Below, piece after piece: positions 26,581 through 32,000 of a DNA stretch of 32,000 bases. The position numbers and the translations under genes are program-made. Below the pieces are notes generated by a model that was not told the DNA's origin, made no database searches, and was given only the letters and a program-made list of their open reading frames with translations. This DNA comes from Flavobacteriaceae bacterium. Lineage in GTDB: Bacteria > Bacteroidota > Bacteroidia > Flavobacteriales > Flavobacteriaceae. Every line of letters begins with the position of its first letter. Within the stretch, counting starts at the first letter, position 1. Location of the stretch: contig OZ245049.1 in NCBI GenBank assembly GCA_965224465.1, positions 840,001 through 872,000 of the forward strand, written 5' to 3'.

Positions 26581-26740
26581 CCAATTACAATCCAAAATAA
26601 CCGATATAAAAAGTTTGTTTTTACGTTCTAGTATTTTTGAAAAACAGAACGATAGCTAAGGCTATCCATCCATTTGTCGCCTAGCTAAAACAAAAGATAA
26701 TTCCATTTCTAAACCGTCACTTGGAAATGTAGTTGGTATA
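26581..26740 (+). repeat. copy C of the ~160-nt structured intergenic element (best-preserved predicted fold)
   Basis: It has the terminal pair CCAATTACA / TGTAGTTGG. Its hairpins are CGTTCT/AGAACG, TAGCT(A)AGGC/GCCTAGCTA and CATTTCTA/TTGGAAATG. It is in the same orientation as copy B, 480 bp downstream of it. Confidence 0.8.
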
Positions 26741-26939
26741 ACAATCAAATTTTTAAATTAATTCAATAAAAATCAGACGACAGGATATACGCATTCCTGC
26801 ACTTTTTTTATATATTTGGCTTTTTAACCATCCGTTCAATAAAACCAGACCTAAGGCGTTATTGAATACATTAACAAATAATTTGTCTGTTCCTACTTCA
26901 TCCATGGTATGAATAAGAGCCTTTTAAAAAAATCGATAT

Positions 26940-27953
26940 ATGAAAATATTTTACTCCCTTATTTTATCCGTGTTTTTCCTCAGTTGTGGAAGCAAGAACA
27001 TAATAGCTACTTCTCCTACAGAAACCAACATAGATAATGCGGAAAAATTCGCAAATACTATCACCAATACAGACCTTAAAAACTATTTAACTACCATTGC
27101 TTCCGATGATTTTGAAGGAAGAAAAACTGGAGAAGAAGGTCAAAAAAGGGCCGCTAAATATTTAAGCGATTTCTATCTAAAAAACAACATCAAAAGCCCT
27201 TTATCTAGTGGGAGTTATTTACAAATCATCCCTAAAGATTTCTTTAAAGGACGCTCTAATTATGATTCAGAAAACGTATTGGCTTTTATAGAAGGAACCG
27301 ACAAGAAAGAAGAAATCATTGTGATTTCTGCTCACTATGATCACTTAGGAATTAAAGGAAGAAAAGTTTATAATGGAGCGGACGATGATGGGTCTGGAAC
27401 TGCTGCTATTATGGAAATAGCCCAAGCGTTCAAAACTGCTGAACAACAAGGCAAAGGGCCTAGAAGATCCTTGTTATTCTTACATGTAACAGGAGAAGAA
27501 ATAGGTCTTTTTGGCTCAAAGTATTATGTTCAAAACCCTGTTTTTCCTTTAAAAAATACCGTGACTAATTTAAACATAGACATGGTAGGACGTGTAGACA
27601 AAATGCATAAGAAAAATCCCAATTTTGTGTATTTAATTGGTTCCGAAAAAATAAGTAAAGAATTGAAATATATTTCAGAGCAAGCCAACGGGGAATACAC
27701 CCACTTAGAATTGGACTATCGATATGACGATGAGAATGATCCGAATCGCTTTTACTACAGATCTGACCATTACAATTTTGCGAAAAATGGGATTCCAATT
27801 ATATTCTATTTCAATGGAACTCACAAAGACTATCACAAAGAGAGTGATACCGTTGATAAAATAAATTTTGAGATTTTAGAAAAACGAACTAAACTTATTT
27901 TTTATACAGCTTGGAAATTAGCCAATAGAGACGAACGCCTAAAAATAGACTAA
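26940..27953 (+). CDS. M28-family metallopeptidase (aminopeptidase) lipoprotein
   Basis: 337-aa ORF with lipoprotein signal (FFLSCGS). It has ISAHYDHLG, GADDDGSGTAAIMEIAQAF and HVTGEEIGLFGSKYY, the zinc-ligand blocks of M28 peptidases. Confidence 0.85.
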   Translation: MKIFYSLILSVFFLSCGSKNIIATSPTETNIDNAEKFANTITNTDLKNYLTTIASDDFEGRKTGEEGQKRAAKYLSDFYLKNNIKSPLSSGSYLQIIPKDFFKGRSNYDSENVLAFIEGTDKKEEIIVISAHYDHLGIKGRKVYNGADDDGSGTAAIMEIAQAFKTAEQQGKGPRRSLLFLHVTGEEIGLFGSKYYVQNPVFPLKNTVTNLNIDMVGRVDKMHKKNPNFVYLIGSEKISKELKYISEQANGEYTHLELDYRYDDENDPNRFYYRSDHYNFAKNGIPIIFYFNGTHKDYHKESDTVDKINFEILEKRTKLIFYTAWKLANRDERLKID

Positions 27954-27971
27954 TTCCTACACCTAGAAATC

Positions 27972-28007
27972 CCCTCATAAAAACACCTTTCTTATGAGGG
28001 CTTTTTA
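27972..28007 (+). terminator. rho-independent terminator after the M28 peptidase gene
   Basis: A 9-bp perfect stem CCCTCATAA (27972..27980) / TTATGAGGG (27992..28000) with an 11-nt loop, followed by CTTTTT. It starts 19 nt after the stop codon. Confidence 0.7.
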
Positions 28008-28082
28008 AAAAACAAAGCACTAGACACCATTTTTATTTGACCTAACTCTCAAAAGAAATTAATTTTTATCAAAAGATTGAAT

Positions 28083-28090
28083 TAACTTTG
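28083..28090 (+). promoter_or_regulatory. candidate -7 box (TAACTTTG) for the GH16-like gene
   Basis: It matches TAnnTTTG 27 nt upstream of the ATG at 28118 and lies downstream of the preceding terminator. Confidence 0.4.
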
Positions 28091-28117
28091 ATTTAGACAC
28101 CATTAACAACAAAAGCT

Positions 28118-28840
28118 ATGAAAAAATATACCTACTTACTCATTATATTGATCACACTTACTATTTCTTGTCAAAATGAGAGTGATTCCCCTATAAGAAG
28201 TATTCAATTTTCTGAAATAGAATGGGACGTTAAAGAAGCTATTAATGCTGCGCCAGGCGGTAACAATTGGTCAAGTTCAGAAGGCAGTGTTTTTGTAGAC
28301 TCAAAAGGTCAATTGCATTTAAAAATTAGAAAAATTGCTGGAATTTGGCATTGTGCTCAAGTTACAGCGCAAAAATCTTATGGTTATGGAAAATACATAT
28401 TTTTTCTTGCAACCGATGTAGAAACATTAGATCCAACTACTGTTACGGGATTATTTACCTACGAAAACGACCATCGAGAAATAGATATTGAGTTCTCTCG
28501 TTTTGGAAAAACAACCACCCCTGTTGGTTCCTATACACTACAGCCAAAACCCTATACTGAGGAGAATAAACATACATTCCCACTAAACTTAAATGGTACA
28601 CATTCTACTCATATCTTCGAATGGACACCAGAAGGCATTAACTTTGAAAGTTTTCACGGGCATTTCACCTCCCTTCCCTCAGAAGACCAATTGATAAGTA
28701 GATGGAGTTATAAAGGAGCAAAAATCCCGCCAGTTGGAAATGAACTATTGAATTTAAATTTATGGTTATTCCAAGGAGAATCTCCAGCATCAGACAAAGA
28801 TATTACGGTCATAATATCTAAGGTTTATGTGCCTTATTGA
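28118..28840 (+). CDS. glycoside hydrolase family 16-like (concanavalin-like beta-glucanase fold) lipoprotein
   Basis: 240-aa ORF with lipoprotein signal (LTISCQN). The block HREIDIEFSRFG matches the GH16 catalytic ExDxxE motif (compare lichenase DEIDIEFLG). Substrate is unknown. Confidence 0.6.
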   Translation: MKKYTYLLIILITLTISCQNESDSPIRSIQFSEIEWDVKEAINAAPGGNNWSSSEGSVFVDSKGQLHLKIRKIAGIWHCAQVTAQKSYGYGKYIFFLATDVETLDPTTVTGLFTYENDHREIDIEFSRFGKTTTPVGSYTLQPKPYTEENKHTFPLNLNGTHSTHIFEWTPEGINFESFHGHFTSLPSEDQLISRWSYKGAKIPPVGNELLNLNLWLFQGESPASDKDITVIISKVYVPY

Positions 28841-28989
28841 TAAGAAAAAAAAACGCACTAAATAAACAGTACATACTCTCACAAAATCAAATGGATTTAA
28901 ATCAATAATCTAAGCCAAAAGAACGAAACATACTTCCGAAAGACTATTTTATTTCGAGTTTTTAGCTCGCCCCCTTCCCTCACCAAGGT

Positions 28990-29994
28990 TTAATGCATCA
29001 ATTTAAACAATAACTCTTTTAATAAATCGCTCTGAGGGAGTGCATTTGCACCGACTCCTTTACTTTTAAGGTCAGCTTCTCTCAATAAGGATATTACTTG
29101 AGAAACTTTTCGCATTGGATAATTTCTGGCGGCATCTGCATAATCGGCTACAAAATAAGGATTCACTTTAAGCTTTGCTGCCACATTAGCTCTCGATTTA
29201 TCTTTTAAAGCATGGTACATAAACAACTGAGTGAAATAGCTATTAAGCAAAGAAATAGTCATAACCAAAGGATTATTCTTAGGGTTTTGACTAAAATAAT
29301 TAATAATTTTGTTGGCCAATAACACATCTTTATTCCCAATGGCTTTTCGCAACTCAAAATTATTAAAATCTTTAGAAATCCCAATATTGTCCTCAATAAT
29401 TTTATCGCTAATGGTTGCATTTTCAGGTAAAATAACCATCAATTTTTCCAATTCTTTATAAATACGACTCAAATCAGTTCCCAAAAACTCTGTCAACATC
29501 AGCACCGCTTTATTATCGATCCCATAGTTATGTTCTGTCAATACCCGTCTGATCCAATCTCCTATCTGATTGTCGTACATTTTTTTAGACTCAAAAATAG
29601 CGCCATTCTTTTTGATGGATTTATACAGTTTTTTTCGCTTATCAATCTTTTTATACTTGTAACATAGCACCAACATAGTCGAAGTTTGAGGATTCTCTAC
29701 ATAACTAATTAAAGACTCAATACTACGTGCTAATTCTTGGGCTTCTTTCACAATAATTACTTGTTTATCTGCCATCATAGGAAACCGTTTGGCATTGGAA
29801 ATAATATCCATCACCTCCACATCGCCTCCGTACATCACCATTTGGTTAAACCCCTTCTCTTCCTCCGAAAGGATATTGTTTTCTATATAATTAGAAATTT
29901 CATCTATAAAATAAGGCTCTTCTCCCGTCAACAGATAGACAGGTTTGATGTTTCCTTTTTTTATATCTCCAATAATTTGATTTATATCGTTCAT
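28990..29994 (-). CDS. holA: DNA polymerase III subunit delta
   Basis: 334-aa ORF with the N-terminus IKKGNIKPVYLLTGEEPYFIDEIS. Overall length and pattern are typical of Bacteroidota HolA. Confidence 0.8.
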   Translation of the reverse strand: MNDINQIIGDIKKGNIKPVYLLTGEEPYFIDEISNYIENNILSEEEKGFNQMVMYGGDVEVMDIISNAKRFPMMADKQVIIVKEAQELARSIESLISYVENPQTSTMLVLCYKYKKIDKRKKLYKSIKKNGAIFESKKMYDNQIGDWIRRVLTEHNYGIDNKAVLMLTEFLGTDLSRIYKELEKLMVILPENATISDKIIEDNIGISKDFNNFELRKAIGNKDVLLANKIINYFSQNPKNNPLVMTISLLNSYFTQLFMYHALKDKSRANVAAKLKVNPYFVADYADAARNYPMRKVSQVISLLREADLKSKGVGANALPQSDLLKELLFKLMH

Positions 29995-30023
29995 TTATCA
30001 AAAAAAATCAGCATTTTTGTACA

Positions 30024-30473
30024 ATGCAGCAGCTTAATTTACCACCGTATAATCTGAACATCAAAAGTAGTGAAAATAAGCTGGTAATTTTTGATATCGT
30101 TCGAAAAAAATACATCATACTCACACCAGAAGAATGGGTTCGACAACATTATATCCACTACTTGATTGAAGAAAAAAAATATCCAATTTCCTTAATAGCT
30201 GTAGAAAAACAGCTCAAAGTCAATACCCGTATCAAACGTACAGATATCGTTATTTATAATACCCAAGGCACACCAGAAATTATTGTAGAGTGCAAAGCTC
30301 CATCCATCAAAATATCTCAGCATGTTTTTGATCAAATAGCACGTTATAACATGGAATTAAAAGCTCCCTTTTTAATTGTAACTAATGGTTTATTACATTA
30401 TTACTGCCGTCAAAACTTCGAAAAAAAATGTTATGAATTCTTAAGAGATATCCCTGAATTTAAAAAGAAATAA
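30024..30473 (+). CDS. type I restriction enzyme HsdR N-terminal domain-containing protein (stand-alone PD-(D/E)xK-like)
   Basis: 149-aa ORF with LTPEEWVRQHYIHYL...RTDIVIYN...PEIIVECKAP...FDQIARYN. This is the pattern of the small HsdR_N family that commonly diverges from holA in Bacteroidota. Confidence 0.7.
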   Translation: MQQLNLPPYNLNIKSSENKLVIFDIVRKKYIILTPEEWVRQHYIHYLIEEKKYPISLIAVEKQLKVNTRIKRTDIVIYNTQGTPEIIVECKAPSIKISQHVFDQIARYNMELKAPFLIVTNGLLHYYCRQNFEKKCYEFLRDIPEFKKK

Positions 30474-30512
30474 TCCTTGTCTTATTTAAGCAAACACTGC
30501 TGAAATTTTACC

Positions 30513-30520
30513 TACATTTG
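30513..30520 (+). promoter_or_regulatory. candidate -7 box (TACATTTG) for the GT2 gene
   Basis: It matches TAnnTTTG 17 nt upstream of the ATG at 30538. Confidence 0.4.
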
Positions 30521-30537
30521 ACCAAAAATTATCCTAT

Positions 30538-31530
30538 ATGAACTTTGCCATTGTGATCTTAAACTGGAACGGAAAACAACTATTAGAACAATTTTTACCA
30601 AGCATTATAGCCTATAGTGACCCTTCCTATTCAAGTATTTATGTGGCAGACAATGCCTCTACGGATGATTCTATTTTATTTATTAAAGAAACCTATCCGA
30701 GTATTAAAATTATTGAGAACAATAGTAATGGTGGTTATGCCAAAGGTTATAATGATGCTCTAAAACATGTAGATGAAGAAATTTACGCCTTGGTAAATTC
30801 TGATATCGAAGTCACTAAAAACTGGCTAGCTCCTATTAGAGAATTGTATATGACTCAAAATAAAACCGTAATTATACAGCCTAAAATACTAGATTTCAAA
30901 CAAAAAGACCTCTTTGAATACGCAGGAGCAGCAGGTGGGTTTTTAGACAAGTATGGCTATCCATTTTGTAGAGGGCGTATTTTTAACAGTATAGAAAAAG
31001 ATCAAGGACAATACAACGACATTCTCCCCATTTTTTGGGCTTCTGGAGCTTGTTTTTTTATAAAAAAGGATGCTTTTAATGAGTTAAATGGTTTTGATGA
31101 AGCTTATTTTGCCCATCAAGAAGAGATCGATTTATGTTGGCGTGCTCAAAACTTAGGGATGGCTGTTGTATACAATGGACACTCCACAGTTTACCATGTT
31201 GGAGGAGCAACACTCAATGAGCTTAACCCTCAAAAAACATACTTAAATTTCCGTAATAGCTTATGTAATTTAGTGAAAAACACGCCTAAAAAAGGAATGT
31301 TCTTATTACTATTTACTAGATTAATGCTCGATGGAATTGCAGGAGTTAAATTTATGCTAGAATTAAAGCCTCGTCATACAATTGCCATTATCAAAGCACA
31401 TTTTGGTTTTTATTCCATGTTTTCTTCTATGCTAAAAAAACGAAATTCAACTTTAAAAAATGTCCCTTATTATAAAACCAAAAGTATTGTTTGGGATTAT
31501 TTCATAAAAGGAAAAAAAGAATTTAAATAG
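30538..31530 (+). CDS. family 2 glycosyltransferase
   Basis: 330-aa ORF with FAIVILNWNG...YVADNASTDDS...GYAKGYN...SDIEV...ASGACFFIKK...FDEAYFAHQEEIDLCWR, the GT2 (GT-A fold, DxD) signature. Confidence 0.85.
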   Translation: MNFAIVILNWNGKQLLEQFLPSIIAYSDPSYSSIYVADNASTDDSILFIKETYPSIKIIENNSNGGYAKGYNDALKHVDEEIYALVNSDIEVTKNWLAPIRELYMTQNKTVIIQPKILDFKQKDLFEYAGAAGGFLDKYGYPFCRGRIFNSIEKDQGQYNDILPIFWASGACFFIKKDAFNELNGFDEAYFAHQEEIDLCWRAQNLGMAVVYNGHSTVYHVGGATLNELNPQKTYLNFRNSLCNLVKNTPKKGMFLLLFTRLMLDGIAGVKFMLELKPRHTIAIIKAHFGFYSMFSSMLKKRNSTLKNVPYYKTKSIVWDYFIKGKKEFK

Positions 31531-31583
31531 GATTACACCAATAGTTATTAGCACATTATAGACGATTCAAAACAGCAAACAAT

Positions 31584-31708
31584 ATGGAAATAGATCCACG
31601 TCAGCTTTCTTTTTAAAACCATCCTTAGTAGAACAAATTATAAAGCATTGTTCCCTTAAATTTTTTAACAAAGGAACTGAAATTTTAAGAGCAGAACAAT
31701 ATATAATA
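31584..31708 (+). pseudogene. Crp/Fnr-like (cyclic-nucleotide-binding) gene remnant, frameshifted and truncated by element copy D
   Basis: ATG at 31584 gives MEIDPRQLSF then a stop. The +2 frame continues LKPSLVEQIIKHCSLKFFNKGTEILRAEQYI, which resembles the N-terminus of flavobacterial Crp/Fnr regulators. One extra T in the T5 run at 31610..31614 would join the two frames. The reading frame runs into element copy D and stops inside it. Confidence 0.4.
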
Positions 31709-31858
31709 TCAATTACATTCCAAACTGACCGATATAAAAATTTATTTTACGTTCTAGCGTTGTTAAAAAATAGAACGATAGCTAATATCCATCCATTTTC
31801 CGGCTAGCTAAAAAAATAATTCCATTTTTAAACCTTCACTTGGAAATGTATTTAATAT
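31709..31858 (+). repeat. copy D of the ~160-nt structured intergenic element
   Basis: The sequence is TCAATTACATTCCAAACTGACCGATATAAAAATTTATTTTACGTTCTAGCGTTGTTAAAAAATAGAACGATAGCTAATATCCATCCATTTTCCGGCTAGCTAAAAAAATAATTCCATTTTTAAACCTTCACTTGGAAATGTATTTAATATAA. It aligns along its full length with copies A-C. Confidence 0.75.
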
Positions 31859-32000
31859 AACACTCCCCTAGCATGGTTATCAATCATGCTGTAACCCGAA
31901 ATCGTTAAAAATTCATACGTCTATTATATGATTTTTTTAAGCTCTTTCCAAAAGGCCCCATCTACTTTTGCTAGCTTGAGTTTTTTTAAATAAACGTGCT

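Noticed and set aside
25943-26740. The repeated element as a small protein-coding gene
   Set aside because: In copy D the read-through frame (ISITFQTDRYKNLFYVLALLKNRTIANIHPFSG) is open. The equivalent frames in copies B and C hit stops within 8 to 17 codons. Indels between copies are not multiples of three.
167-30057. Other short ORFs antisense to or overlapping confident genes: 167..427, 1195..1389, 2643..2837, 3431..3754, 3757..3951, 7091..7285, 9282..9515, 9900..10088, 10890..11081, 11478..11669, 11676..12017, 12198..12491, 27565..27798, 29737..30057
   Set aside because: Each lies wholly or largely within a longer ORF on the opposite strand that has clear family motifs. Their translations show no recognisable motifs and have odd composition.
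31937-32000. Minus-strand ORF end (…ARLFKKTQASKSRWGLLERA, stop at 31937..31939) entering from the right window edge
   Set aside because: Only 20 codons are visible and there is no recognisable motif. It also overlaps the possible decayed tail of the Crp-like remnant on the plus strand. This is not enough evidence to call a gene.

Overview
Low-GC Bacteroidota (Flavobacteriia-like) chromosomal segment. The lineage call rests on a T9SS type-B C-terminal sorting domain, a PorP/SprF gene, many lipoprotein signals and TAnnTTTG -7 boxes. Gene content, left to right: (1) a tight minus-strand operon with an outer-membrane beta-barrel, an imelysin, a DUF1111 di-haem oxidoreductase, a RidA-fold chorismatase-like enzyme and a truncated secreted protein. 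(2) A hemerythrin-like protein paired with a LuxR regulator whose receiver domain lacks the phospho-acceptor residues. (3) Housekeeping genes nadC, yihY-like and kdsB, diverging from rlmH, rdgB and a FecCD/ABC importer. (4) A roughly 9.5 kb adhesin locus (15979..25516) with 23 near-identical 300-bp (100-aa) tandem repeats, thrombospondin-type-3 Ca-binding repeats and a type-B T9SS CTD, followed by PorP/SprF and an OmpA/TolB-like gene. As sequenced, this adhesin is broken into five ORFs by four frameshifting insertions that are copies of nearby sequence. (5) M28 peptidase, GH16-like lipoprotein, holA, an HsdR_N-domain protein and a GT2 glycosyltransferase. The most unusual signal is a roughly 160-nt structured element. 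It has four full copies and one relic, all in ORF-free DNA, with terminal inverted repeats, three internal hairpins and strand-specific G.U-compatible substitutions. One copy appears to interrupt a Crp/Fnr-like gene remnant. No rRNA, tRNA, CRISPR array or transposase gene was recognised. All family assignments come from motif recognition by eye and no database search was run.
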